Of a DNA stretch of 64,000 nucleotides, positions 1-11,484 are shown piece by piece. The stretch comes from an uncultured Gemmatimonadales bacterium (GTDB taxonomy: Bacteria; Gemmatimonadota; Gemmatimonadetes; Longimicrobiales; RSA9), in NCBI GenBank assembly GCA_963708135.1, contig OY970192.1:160001-224000 (forward strand). The letters are read 5' to 3'. Below the pieces are notes generated by a model. It was not told the origin of the DNA, searched no databases, and worked only from the letters and a program-made list of their open reading frames with translations. Position 1 is the stretch's first letter; each line of letters begins with the position of its first letter. A program made the position numbers and the translations under genes.

Positions 1-1
1 C

Positions 2-631
2 ACCATCTCCCGCGAGCAGGAGCTCGGCCCCGCGCGCGTCGTGCGCGGCTACGACGCGGCGGGACCCGCCGACCGCATCCCGATCCCAATGACGCGCGCC
101 ATGATCGACGAGGGCCGGGCGAGCTTCGAGACCATCTGCGGCGCCTGCCACGGCGTGCTCGGCAATGCCATCACGCCCGTGGCCGACCGCATGCAGCTGC
201 GCCGCCCGCCCTCGCTGCACCGACCCGACCTGCGGGCGCTGCCGGACGGACGGATCTTCCAGGTCATCCGCGAGGGGTACGGCCTCATGCCCGCCTACGC
301 CGACCAGCTCTCCGTCCGCGAGGCCTGGGAGGTCGTGGCCTACCTGCGCGCGCTCCAGCTGAGCCAGGCGACCTCGCTCGACTCGCTCCCGGCTCCCGCC
401 CGCGCCGCCGCGCTGCACGCCCTCGGCGCCGCGCCCCTGCCCGGCGCGCCCGCCACGCCCGACACGTTGCCGCCGGCGCGCGGCACGGCGCCCCCGCCGG
501 GGCCGGTCGCGCCCGCGACGCCGGCGCCGGCGGGCGGCCGCACGGACACGGCGCGGGCCCTTCGGCCGCGCGGCACGCCGCCGGCGCCGGCGGGTGCGGC
601 GGCCGCGTCGCCTGGAAGGGGACACAGGTGA
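2..631 (+). CDS. actE: Monoheme cytochrome c, ActE-like subunit of alternative complex III (5'-truncated by window edge)
   Basis: Frame open from position 2; CGACH heme motif, 'DGRIFQVIREGYGLMPAY...WEVVAYLRALQLSQ'; directly upstream of actF-like gene; Pro/Ala-rich tail. Confidence 0.75.
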   Translation, partial: TISREQELGPARVVRGYDAAGPADRIPIPMTRAMIDEGRASFETICGACHGVLGNAITPVADRMQLRRPPSLHRPDLRALPDGRIFQVIREGYGLMPAYADQLSVREAWEVVAYLRALQLSQATSLDSLPAPARAAALHALGAAPLPGAPATPDTLPPARGTAPPPGPVAPATPAPAGGRTDTARALRPRGTPPAPAGAAAASPGRGHR

Positions 632-1815
632 GCGCGACGGGGGAGGTGCCGGTGATCCGGCTGGGACGCCTGCCGCTCTTCTTCCTCGCGGTCGGGGTGG
701 TCGGGATCGTGGCGTGGGCGCTCGGGTTCCTGTGGGACCCGACCCAGGCCTGGTTCGCCTACCTGACGGCGTACTGCTTCGGGGTGAGCATCGCGCTCGG
801 CGGGCTGTGGGCGCTCATGGTGACGTACGCGGCCACCTCGGACTGGTTCGTGGTGATGCGGCGGCTGCCGGAGGCGGTGGCCTCCACACTGCCGCTCTTC
901 CTGCTGCTGTTCGTGCCGCTCATCTTCGGCCTCGGCCGCCTCTACCCGTGGGTGCCGCCGCTGCACCTGTCGGAATCGATGCGCGCCGCGGTCGAGAAGA
1001 AGCAGGCGTGGCTCGACCCCACGTTCTTCGTGCTGCGCGGCTTCGGCTGCCTCGTCGTCTGGAATCTGCTCGCCTTCTTCCTGCTGCGCTGGTCGCGGCG
1101 GCAGGACGAGGAGCCTGGGCTGAACCTGCGCGCGCGGCTGATCGGCCTCGGCGCCGCCGGGCTCGTCATCATGCTGTTCACGCAGAGCTTCGCCGCGTTC
1201 GACTGGATGATGTCGCTCGAGCCGGACTTCTCCTCGACCGTCTACGGCATGTACTGGTTCTGCGGCTCTTTCGAGGCCGGCGCCGCGCTGACCGCCATCC
1301 TGCTCTGGCGCGCGGCCACGCGCGGGCCGCTCGACGGCCGCATCCGGGCGGACCACGCGGGCGGCGTCGGCAAGCTGATGCTCGTGGCCACCATCCTGTG
1401 GGCGTACGCGGCCTTCGCGCAGCTGCTCATCATCTGGATCGCGGATGTGCCCGAGGAGGCGCGCTGGTATGTGATCCGCACCTACGGAAGCTGGCGCGCG
1501 ATCTTCGGCGTGCTCGCCGCGGGCAAGTTCCTGCTGCCGTTCCTGCTGCTGCTGTCCTGGGGGCTCAAGCGCACGCTCCCCGCGATCGCGGCCGTGGGCG
1601 CGTGGATGCTCGTCATGCAGTACGTGGACACGGCCTGGCTGGTGCTCCCCGCGCTGCACCCGGGCGGGGTGCGTCCCAACTGGCTCGACCTGGCCGCGGC
1701 CGTGGGCGTGCTCGGGCTGGCCGCTGCCTGGGGAGCGTGGTGGCTCGACGGCCGCGCGGCCGTCCCCGTCGGCGATCCGCTCCTGCCCAAGTCGATGGAG
1801 TACAGCCATGAGTGA
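628..1815 (+). CDS. actF: Alternative complex III membrane subunit, ActF-like
   Basis: About 10 TM helices; 'AFDWMMSLEPDFSSTVYG', 'LWAYAAFAQLLIIWIADVPEEARWY'; GTGA overlap with upstream gene. Confidence 0.8.
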   Translation: MSATGEVPVIRLGRLPLFFLAVGVVGIVAWALGFLWDPTQAWFAYLTAYCFGVSIALGGLWALMVTYAATSDWFVVMRRLPEAVASTLPLFLLLFVPLIFGLGRLYPWVPPLHLSESMRAAVEKKQAWLDPTFFVLRGFGCLVVWNLLAFFLLRWSRRQDEEPGLNLRARLIGLGAAGLVIMLFTQSFAAFDWMMSLEPDFSSTVYGMYWFCGSFEAGAALTAILLWRAATRGPLDGRIRADHAGGVGKLMLVATILWAYAAFAQLLIIWIADVPEEARWYVIRTYGSWRAIFGVLAAGKFLLPFLLLLSWGLKRTLPAIAAVGAWMLVMQYVDTAWLVLPALHPGGVRPNWLDLAAAVGVLGLAAAWGAWWLDGRAAVPVGDPLLPKSMEYSHE

Positions 1816-2449
1816 CGCGCCGGACCGCGCCCGCGCCCCGCTCGCCGCGGGCATGCGACGTCAGGATCCGGAGCGCGATCCGGCCTTCGCGCGCGAGGAG
1901 CGCGCGGCCGCCCGGAACCCGAGCGTCCGGCAGGAGCCGGACTCGCCGGCCTACCGCAGGATCATCCTCACGCTGATCGGCGCCCTCGGGGTGGGCGGGA
2001 TCCTGATCCTGGCCACGACGCTGATCCTCCAGACGCGCGTCCGGGAGCGCCGGCCGGAAGGGCTGCCGCGGCCCGACACCGCGCACGAGGGGCCGGACAG
2101 GGTGGCCGGCGTGTTCCAGACGCAGATCTTCGACGAGGTCTCCGCCACCGAAGTCAAGCGCAAGCGGCTGGACCGGCTCGAGGCCTACGGCTGGGTGAGC
2201 AGGCCGCACGGCATCGTGCGCATCCCGATCGACAGCGCGATCGCCATCGTGCTCGAGCAGCAGGCCGCCCGCGCCGCCGGAGGCGACACGGCGCGCACCA
2301 CGCCCGCGAACCCCGGCCCGCCGCGCGGCCGGCCCACGCTCCTCCCGCCCCCCGGCGGCCTCGAGCGCGGCGGCGTGCAGCGGAAGCGCGGGTCCGGCAC
2401 GGGCGCCGCGAAGCCGCGGCCCGCGGGACACGGGGAGGCGCGCCCATGA
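1808..2449 (+). CDS. ActG-like single-TM accessory protein
   Basis: One TM helix and 'LEAYGWVSRPHGIVRIPIDSAI' motif typical of the gene between actF and oxidase genes. Confidence 0.65.
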   Translation: MSDAPDRARAPLAAGMRRQDPERDPAFAREERAAARNPSVRQEPDSPAYRRIILTLIGALGVGGILILATTLILQTRVRERRPEGLPRPDTAHEGPDRVAGVFQTQIFDEVSATEVKRKRLDRLEAYGWVSRPHGIVRIPIDSAIAIVLEQQAARAAGGDTARTTPANPGPPRGRPTLLPPPGGLERGGVQRKRGSGTGAAKPRPAGHGEARP

Positions 2450-3590
2450 GCACCCTCGCGTTCCTGCTACTCCAGGCCGCCGAGAAGCTGCCGCAGGGGG
2501 CGCTGCCCGGCGGCTCGCCGAAGGGGCTGTCGGAGCTGCCCGAGGCGCTCTCGCGCTTCATGCGCGGGCTCCTCTTCCTGCCGCCCGAGGCGTCCACGCT
2601 CGCCGACAACGTGGACACGCTGCACTTCTACGAGTTCATCACGATGTGGGGGCTCGCGGCCATCGTCATGGCGGCCGCGATCTGGTTCGCCATCCGCTAC
2701 CGCCGGCGCTCGGATGACGCGCCGACGCCGCGCGTGATCGCGCCGCTCTGGTTCGAGCTGGGCGGCGCCCTGTTCCTCTTCGCGCTCTGGATCGGATGGT
2801 GGGTGGTCTCGTTCCGGCAGTATGTGGACCTGACCGTGCCGCCGCCGGGCGCGATGCAGGTCTACGTTACGGCCAAGCAGTGGATGTGGAAGTTCTCCTA
2901 CCCGGACGGCTCGAGCTCCGCGGGCATCATGTTCGTGCCCGCCGGCAAGCCGATAAAGCTGGTCATCGGCTCCCGCGACGTGATCCACAGCTTCTACGTG
3001 CCCGCGTTCCGCATCAAGCGGGACGCCGTCCCCGGTCAGTACGAGTCGCTCTGGTTCGAGGCGCCCACGCCGGGCAGCTACCAGATCCTGTGCGCCGAGT
3101 ACTGCGGCGTGGGGCACTCCCGCATGTGGGGCGCCGTCGTCGTGCTGGCACCCGCGGATTACGCGCGCTGGAAGGAGGGCGAGGCGCCCGCGGTGCCGGA
3201 GGCGGACGTCGGGCTGCCGCCCGTCGGCGCCGCGCCGTCCGGCCCGCCGCCGGTCGGCGGGCTGGCCGCGCTAGGGCAGAGGGTCGCCGCGAAGTACGGC
3301 TGCCTCGCCTGCCACAGCGTGGACGGCACGACCGGCCTGCCGCAGCACATCGGGCCGACCTGGCTCGGCCTCTACGGCTCGACCGTCACCCTGTCCGACG
3401 GGACGCAGGTGCAGGCCGACGCGCAGTATATCACCCGCTCGATGATGGAGCCGAAGGCGCAGGTCGTCGCGGGATACCCGCCCGTCATGCCGAGCTTCCA
3501 GGGCCAGGTCTCCAACGCCGAGGCCGCCGCCCTCGTCGAGTACATCCGGTGGCTGCGGAACCCGCAGGCCGCCACGGAAGAGCGCACCCG

Positions 3591-3594
<4 letters not shown>
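2446..3594 (+). CDS. ctaC: Cytochrome c oxidase subunit II with fused C-terminal cytochrome c (caa3 type)
   Basis: DVIHSF plus CAEYCGVGHSRM CuA ligands; CLACH heme motif in C-terminal domain. Confidence 0.95.
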
Positions 3595-5233
<1,639 letters not shown>

Positions 5234-5237
<4 letters not shown>

Positions 5238-5911
5238 GCACCCTCGCCCAGCGCCTCCGCACCACCGTCAAGCCGCCGGCCGAGCACCTCGAGGCCCAGT
5301 TCCCGAGCCTCGAGCGGCAGGAGCAGGCCGCCAAGCTCGGGATGTGGATCTTCCTGGCCAGCGAGGTGCTCCTCTTCACCGGACTCTTCGCCCTCTACGC
5401 CAGCTACCGCGCCGACTACACCCACGTCTTCCGCCTGGCCGCGAGCCACACCAGCCTCGCCTACGGCACGGCCATGACCTACGTGCTGGTCACGAGCAGC
5501 TTCATCGTGGCCATGAGCATCCACACCACCCGCATCGGCCGCATCGGCTGGACCAAGGCCCTGCTCGCCATCGCCATCCTGATGGGGCTGCTCTTCCTCA
5601 CGCTCAAGGGCCTCGAGTACCGCGAGCACTTCCTCGAGGGCATCTATCCCGGGCCCGCCTACGACTTCCCCGAGCTCAACACCCACGGCGCCGCCATCTT
5701 CTTCACCCTCTACTACCTCATGACCGGGCTCCACGCCCTGCACGTCTTCGGCGGCTCCTGCATGCTCGCCTGGCTGCTCTGGAAGACCCAGCGCGGCGAC
5801 ATCGGGCCCGGCTACTACACCGCCCTCGAGCTCGGCGCCATGTACTGGCACCTCGTGGACATCTTCTGGCTCTTCCTCTGGCCCATGTTCTACCTCGTGA
5901 GGGGAGGGTAG
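5234..5911 (+). CDS. ctaE: Cytochrome c oxidase subunit III
   Basis: ATGA overlap; 'GMWIFLASEVLLF', 'TGLHALHV', 'YWHLVDIFWLFLWP'. Confidence 0.95.
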
Positions 5912-5917
5912 GCGACG

Positions 5918-6241
5918 ATGCCCAGCGACCACGTCTCCGCGCGCGCCTACGTGCTCACCTTCGTCGGCCTGCTCGTGCTCACCTCGCTCACGTTCGCCCT
6001 CTCCTTCGTGCATCTCGGCGTGCTCCAGATGCCCGTGGCCATGGTCATCGCCATCGCCAAGGGCGTCCTCGTCCTGCTCTTCTTCATGCACCTCATCGTG
6101 GCCCGCGGATCCGACCGCCTCGTCCTCGCCATCGCAATCGTGATCGCCTCCTTCCTCGTCCTCCTCGCCGTCACCGATGTGCTCACCCGGACCGGCGTGG
6201 GCGTCCTGCCGCCGCTGCCGAACGTTCCGCTGCCCCGGTAG
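5918..6241 (+). CDS. ctaF: Cytochrome c oxidase subunit IV (prokaryotic)
   Basis: Three TM helices, 'AKGVLVLLFFMHL' motif, last gene of operon. Confidence 0.9.
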   Translation: MPSDHVSARAYVLTFVGLLVLTSLTFALSFVHLGVLQMPVAMVIAIAKGVLVLLFFMHLIVARGSDRLVLAIAIVIASFLVLLAVTDVLTRTGVGVLPPLPNVPLPR

Positions 6242-6315
6242 GCGCCGCCGCCGACGTCTCGCGCCCCACGGCGGACGGTCCGCGCCGCCGCGCGTGCCGC
6301 CCGCGCGGGCGCCGA

Positions 6316-6603
6316 GCGGGCGAGCGGGCGAGTTGGGCGAGTTGGGCGAGTTGGGCGAGTAGGGGACCGGGCGAGCAAGGACCGGGCGAGCAGGGCACCG
6401 GGCGGGCAGGGCACCGGGCGGGCAGGGCACCGGGCGGGCAGGGCACCGGGCGAGTCGAGGACCGGACGAGCAGGGCACCGGGCGAGTCGAGGACCGGGCG
6501 AGTGGGCGACAGGGCGAGCCGAGGACCCGGCGAGCAGGCCACCGGGCGAGTCGAGGACCGGGCGAGCCGAGGACCGGGCGAGTCGCGGACCGGGCGAGTC
6601 GCG
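6316..6603. repeat. Intergenic tandem array: GGGCGAGTT units followed by about 15 degenerate 16-mers with ACCGGGCG(A/G)G core
   Basis: Directly visible, e.g. gggcaccgggcgggca x3 and gaggaccgggcgagtc variants. Confidence 0.9.
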
Positions 6604-6791
6604 TGCGTGAGCAAAAAGGCGGAATGGAACGCTCGGCTGGCGACCCGATCGAAATTCTGCTCGGTTTCCGAGCAATATCGCGCAACGGGGACGCTCGCGC
6701 GGCCGCGAGATCCCGTTTTTGCTCGGTTTCCGAGATCAATCGGAATCCGGACCGATCGGGTTGCGTCGAATACGCGTTTCTTCTCGCCCGC
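6601..6791. repeat. Three-unit module with 61-62 bp period and dyad elements
   Basis: GAGCAA/GAGATC unit starts at 6609, 6670, 6732; identical hairpin CTCGGTTTCCGAG at 6660 and 6722. Confidence 0.6.
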
Positions 6792-6802
6792 CGTGCCCAG
6801 TG

Positions 6803-6920
6803 GTGCCGCAGCCCGCCGTGCCGCAGTCCGTGGTGCCGCAGTCGGTGGTGCCGCAGTCCGCCGTGCCGCAGTCGGTGGTGCCGCAGTCAGTCGTGCCGCA
6901 GTCGGTGGTGCCGCAGTCAA
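6803..6920 (+). repeat. 15-bp tandem array, 8 copies (core GTGCCGCAG)
   Basis: Core starts at 6803, 6818, 6833, 6848, 6863, 6878, 6893, 6908. Confidence 0.95.
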
Positions 6921-7010
6921 TCCCCGCGTCCCTCTCCCTTCAGTACGCTTCTTGCGCCCGCCCCGCGGGCAGCGAGATCCACCCCCGCAAACGGAGCCCG
7001 GCGCGAAAAA

Positions 7011-7541
7011 ATGGACGTCGCCCTCACCCTGAACGGCCGCTTCCGCACCTTCGACGTCGATCCCGGCGTGACCCTGCTCGACCTGCTGCGCGAGCGCGTG
7101 GGGCTGACGGGCACCAAGAAAGGGTGCGACCATGGCCAGTGCGGCGCGTGCACCGTGCTCGTGGATGGCCGCCGCATCCTGTCCTGCCTGACGCTGGCCG
7201 CGATGGCCGGGGGCCGCGAGGTCACGACCGTGGAAGGGCTCGCCGAAGGCGACGGCGCCGACGCGCTGCACCCGCTCCAGCGCGCCTTCATCGCGCACGA
7301 CGCCTTCCAGTGCGGCTACTGCACGCCCGGCCAGATCGTCTCCGCCGTGGGGCTGCTCACGGAGCCGTGCGGGCCGGATGACGCCGACGTCCGCGAGGCG
7401 ATGAGCGGCAACCTCTGCCGCTGCGGCGCATACCCGAACATCGTGGCTGCCGTGCAGGACGTGCGCGGGGAGGACGCCGCGGGGACGCTCGCGCGGACCG
7501 CCGCTCCGCCCGCCGCATCCGCGCGCCGGAGGCCGCGATGA
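7011..7541 (+). CDS. paoA: Xanthine dehydrogenase family 2Fe-2S subunit (PaoA/YagT-like)
   Basis: GTKKGCDHGQCGACTV, QCGYCTPGQ, GNLCRCGAY; ATG at 7011; no Tat leader evident. Confidence 0.9.
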   Translation: MDVALTLNGRFRTFDVDPGVTLLDLLRERVGLTGTKKGCDHGQCGACTVLVDGRRILSCLTLAAMAGGREVTTVEGLAEGDGADALHPLQRAFIAHDAFQCGYCTPGQIVSAVGLLTEPCGPDDADVREAMSGNLCRCGAYPNIVAAVQDVRGEDAAGTLARTAAPPAASARRRPR

Positions 7542-8551
7542 GGCCCTTCGCCTTCACCACCGCGTCGGATGCGGCGGCCGCGATCGAGGCCGTGGGCGGC
7601 GACGGCGGCGGCCGCTTCGTCGCCGGCGGCACCACGCTCCTCGACCTCATGAAGCTCGAGGTGGAGGCGCCCGCGCGCGTGGTGGACATCAACCGCATCG
7701 CCGAGGCGGACGAGGACCTCGCCGCCATCGCGGAGCTGCCGGACGGCACGCTCCGCATCGGTGCGCTGGTACGCAACAGCGACCTGGCCTGGAGCGCGCT
7801 CGTCGAGCGCCGCTACCCCGTGCTCGCGGAGGCGCTGCTCTCCGGCGCGTCCGGACAGATCCGCAACATGGCCACGACCGGCGGCAACCTCATGCAGCGC
7901 ACGCGCTGCTGGTACTTCCGCGACACCAGCCAGCCGTGCAACAGGCGGGAGCCCGGCAGCGGCTGCGCGGCGATCGACGGGCTGAACCGCATCCACGCCG
8001 TGCTCGGCACGAGCGCCCACTGCATCGCCACGCACCCCTCCGACATGGCCGTGGCGCTCGCCGCGCTGGATGCCGTCGTGCGCGTGCGCGGCCCCGCGGG
8101 CGAGCGCACGATCCCGCTCGTCGACTTCCACCTGCTCCCCGGCGAGCACCCCGAGCGGGAGACCGCGCTCGAGCCGGGCGACCTCATCACCGCCGTGGAC
8201 GTCCCGCCGCTCGCCTTCGGCTGGCGCTCGCACTACCGCAAGGTGCGCGACCGCGCCTCCTTCGCCTTCGCGCTGGCCTCCGCCGCCGTGGCGCTCGACC
8301 TGGATGGCGGCCGGATCCGCGCGGCCAGGATCGCGCTGGGTGGCGTGGCCACGAAGCCGTGGCGCTCCCCCGAGGCCGAGCAGCTCCTCGCCGGGCGCGA
8401 GCCAGGACGCGACGCATTTCGCGCGGCCGCCGAGGCGGCGCTCCGGAACGCGGTGCCGCGCCGCCACAACGCCTTCAAGCCCGAGCTCGCCCGCCGCACG
8501 CTCGCGCGCGCGCTCGAGACCACGGCCGCGCTGCCGGGGAGGGAAGCATGA
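7538..8551 (+). CDS. paoB: Xanthine dehydrogenase family FAD subunit (PaoB/YagS-like)
   Basis: AGGTTLLDLMK, IRNMATTGGNLMQRTRCWYFRD...CNRREPGSGC Cys insert, KVRDRASFAFAL. Confidence 0.92.
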   Translation: MRPFAFTTASDAAAAIEAVGGDGGGRFVAGGTTLLDLMKLEVEAPARVVDINRIAEADEDLAAIAELPDGTLRIGALVRNSDLAWSALVERRYPVLAEALLSGASGQIRNMATTGGNLMQRTRCWYFRDTSQPCNRREPGSGCAAIDGLNRIHAVLGTSAHCIATHPSDMAVALAALDAVVRVRGPAGERTIPLVDFHLLPGEHPERETALEPGDLITAVDVPPLAFGWRSHYRKVRDRASFAFALASAAVALDLDGGRIRAARIALGGVATKPWRSPEAEQLLAGREPGRDAFRAAAEAALRNAVPRRHNAFKPELARRTLARALETTAALPGREA

Positions 8552-10764
8552 GCATGGGTCCCGCGCTCGACCGCATCGACGGCCCGCTCAAGGTCACGGG
8601 CGGCGCGCGCTACTCCGCGGACGTCGCGCTGGACGGCGTCGCCTGCGGCTACCTCGTCCAGAGCACCATTGCGCGCGGGAGCATTACCGCCATCGACGCC
8701 GCTGAGGCCGAGGCCGCGCCCGGCGTGCTGCGCGTGCTCACGCACGAGAACGCGATGCGGCTGCCCGGCGGCGACCGCGCGGCGTACGACCCGCCCGCGG
8801 GGCGCGTGCTCACGGTGCTCCAGGAGGCGCGCGTCCACTATGACGGCCAGCCCGTCGCGCTGGTGGTGGCGGACACGTTCGAGCACGCGCGCGACGCGGC
8901 CGCGCTCGTCCGCATCGCGTACGAGGCCGAGTCCGCGGTGCTGGAGATGGACGCCGTCATCGATCAGGCGTACGAGCCGGACCCGTCCCTCGCGCTGGGC
9001 CAGCAGCCGGACAGCCGGCGCGGCGATGTGGAGGCGGGGCTCGCGGCGGCGGACGTGTGCATCGAGGCCACCTACACCACGCCCGTCGAGACCCACAACC
9101 CGATGGAGCCGCACGCCACGATCGCGGTATGGGACGAGGGCGGCGAGAGCCTCACCCTCTACGACGCGACGCAGGGCGTGTGGCCGCACCGGCGGACCGT
9201 GGCCCGGGCGCTCGGGATCGACCCCGAGCGCGTGCGCGTGGTCTCCCGCTTCATCGGCGGCGGCTTCGGCTGCAAGGGCTCCGTCTGGTCCCACGTCATC
9301 CTGGCGGCCATGGCCGCCAGGCAGCTCGAGCGGCCGGTGAAGGTGGTGCTGCCGCGTCGCCTGATGTTCGCGCCCGTCGGGCACCGCCCCGAGACCCGCC
9401 AGGTCGTCGCCCTCGGCGCCCGCCGCGACGGCCGCCTCACCGCCATCCGCCACGCCAGCACCTCGCACACCTCGCGGATCGAGGACTGGCTGGAGACCTG
9501 CGCCCTCGTCACCCGCATGCTCTACGAGTGCGACGCCGTGGCCACCAGCCACCGGATCGTCCCGCTCGACGTCGGCACCCCCACCTTCACGCGCGCGCCC
9601 GGCCAGGCCACCGGTACGTTCGCCCTCGAGAGCGCCATGGACGAGCTGGCGTGGGCGCTCGGGATGGACCCCGTCGCCCTGCGCCTGGCCAACTACGCCG
9701 AGCGCGACCCGGCCACCGGCAAACCGTTCTCCAGCAAGTCGCTGCGCGCCTGCTACGAGGTGGGCGGGCGCCGCTTCGGCTGGGCCGGCCGCCCGAAGCG
9801 GCCCCGCTCCATGCGTGACGGGGACGCCCTCGTCGGCTGGGGGATGGCGACGGCGACGTATCCGACCCACCGGCGCGCCGCTTCCGCCGACGCGACGCTG
9901 CTCGCCGACGGCACCGCCGTCGTGCGCGCCGGGACCCAGGACATCGGCACCGGCACCCACACGATCATGGCGCAGATCGCCGCCGAAGCGCTCGGCCTTC
10001 CCATCGAGCGCGTCACCTTCGAGCTCGGCGACACGGAGCTCCCGGAGACCCCGATCTCCGGCGGCTCCATGACCGCCGCCTCCACCGGCTCCGCCGTCCA
10101 CCAGGCCTGTCTCGACGCCCGGCGCGCCGCCGCCCGCCTCGCCCTCGGCGACGAGCGCTCGCCGCTCCACGGCGCGGGCGAGGACGCGCTGCGCTTCGAG
10201 GACGGGCGCGTCGCCATGGCAGGGGAGCCGGCAAGGTCGGAGAGCTACGCGGCCATCGCCGAGCGGAACGGCGGCGAAGTCCGCGGCAGCGCGCACGCGG
10301 AGCCGCCGGAGGACGACCCGTACGCGAAACACGCCTTCGGAGCCGTCTTCGTCGAGGCGCGGGTGGACGCGCAGCTGGGTGAGGTCCGCGTTCCGCGCGT
10401 GGTGGGCGCCTACGGCGTCGGCCGCGTGCTGAACGAGAAGACCGCCCGCAGCCAGCTCATCGGCGGCATCGTCTGGGGGCTCGGCATGGCGCTCATGGAG
10501 AAGACGCTGATCGAGCCGCGCAGCGGCCGGATCGTGAACGCCGACCTGGCCGAGTACCACGTCCCCGTGAACGCCGACGTCGGCTCGATCGACATCACGT
10601 TCGTGGACGAGGACGATCCGCACGTGAACCCGATCGGCGTGAAGGGCATCGGCGAGATCGGGATCACCGGCGTCGCCGCCGCCGTGGCCAACGCCGTCTA
10701 CCACGCCACCGGCGTGCGGGTCCGGGAGCTGCCGATCACGGGGGAGAAGGCGGTCGGACCATGA
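8548..10764 (+). CDS. paoC: Xanthine dehydrogenase family molybdopterin-binding subunit (PaoC/YagR-like)
   Basis: ATG at 8548 (ATGA overlap); HNPMEPHAT, GGGFGCKG, RAPG, QDIGTGT, KGIGEIG. Confidence 0.93.
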   Translation: MSMGPALDRIDGPLKVTGGARYSADVALDGVACGYLVQSTIARGSITAIDAAEAEAAPGVLRVLTHENAMRLPGGDRAAYDPPAGRVLTVLQEARVHYDGQPVALVVADTFEHARDAAALVRIAYEAESAVLEMDAVIDQAYEPDPSLALGQQPDSRRGDVEAGLAAADVCIEATYTTPVETHNPMEPHATIAVWDEGGESLTLYDATQGVWPHRRTVARALGIDPERVRVVSRFIGGGFGCKGSVWSHVILAAMAARQLERPVKVVLPRRLMFAPVGHRPETRQVVALGARRDGRLTAIRHASTSHTSRIEDWLETCALVTRMLYECDAVATSHRIVPLDVGTPTFTRAPGQATGTFALESAMDELAWALGMDPVALRLANYAERDPATGKPFSSKSLRACYEVGGRRFGWAGRPKRPRSMRDGDALVGWGMATATYPTHRRAASADATLLADGTAVVRAGTQDIGTGTHTIMAQIAAEALGLPIERVTFELGDTELPETPISGGSMTAASTGSAVHQACLDARRAAARLALGDERSPLHGAGEDALRFEDGRVAMAGEPARSESYAAIAERNGGEVRGSAHAEPPEDDPYAKHAFGAVFVEARVDAQLGEVRVPRVVGAYGVGRVLNEKTARSQLIGGIVWGLGMALMEKTLIEPRSGRIVNADLAEYHVPVNADVGSIDITFVDEDDPHVNPIGVKGIGEIGITGVAAAVANAVYHATGVRVRELPITGEKAVGP

Positions 10765-10772
10765 CAACTGCG

Positions 10773-10950
10773 AACGGCGGCACGATCAACGGCGGCACGA
10801 CCAACGGCGGCACGACCAACTGCGGCACGACCAACGGCGGCACGACCAACTGCGGCACGACCAACTGCGGCACGACCAACGGCGGCACGATCAACGGCGG
10901 CACGATCAACGGCGGCACGATCAACGGCGGCACGATCAACGGCGGCACGA
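10773..10950 (-). repeat. 15-bp tandem array, 12 copies of (G/T)GCGGCACGA(C/T)CAAC; reverse complement resembles the 6803 array
   Basis: Units every 15 bp from 10776 to 10941; reverse complement GTTGGTCGTGCCGCA vs GTCAGTCGTGCCGCA at 6886 (13/15). Confidence 0.95.
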
Positions 10951-10975
10951 CGTCGCGGAGCGGAATCCGGGACCC

Positions 10976-11163
10976 GCCGGTGGACCAAACTCCCACATCG
11001 TCGAGGCGCCAGAAGCGCACTGGCAGAAATGCCTCCTATGTCAACCAAAGTCCCGCCGCGTGGGATGAGGGAGCCAGCCGGTCGGGACTTTGGTCTGCAT
11101 AGCGGCTCAAAGTGCGAGAGGGCTTCTTGCAGGGCAAGCGATCGGGCAGAAGGGTCCGCCCGC
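10976..11163. repeat. Three-unit module with about 61 bp period and internal dyad
   Basis: ACCAAA at 10984 and 11044, CTCAAAG at about 11106; perfect 12-bp inverted repeat ACCAAAGTCCCG...CGGGACTTTGGT in the middle unit. Confidence 0.55.
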
Positions 11164-11484
11164 CGCCTTCAGAGAAGCCCTTGCGATGCGGAACGGTCAG
11201 CGGCCTCGACAGCTCGAGACTCGCCATGGAGAAGCTCCTCGGCGCTGCCGCCCAACGGCCCCCCCGGATAACAGCACGGCGCCTCGACGCCGGCGAGTGT
11301 TGCCCCGCCACTCCGCCGACCCTATGCTGTTTCGATTCCGGCGCCATTCAACGACCGCTTCCATTCCGTAGGCCCGTACACCGGCGATGAGCCGCAGCGC
11401 ATCCGCCGGTCGGCTCGCCTCCCCATCCGGCGGCCGACTGCGGGAGAGCGGGCCTGCGAACCCTTGGACAGGAGAGCCCCAACG

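Noticed and set aside
6719..7381. VVPQS-repeat protein ORF
   Set aside because: Overlaps paoA out of frame; the repeat is better explained at DNA level since it recurs inverted at 10773-10950
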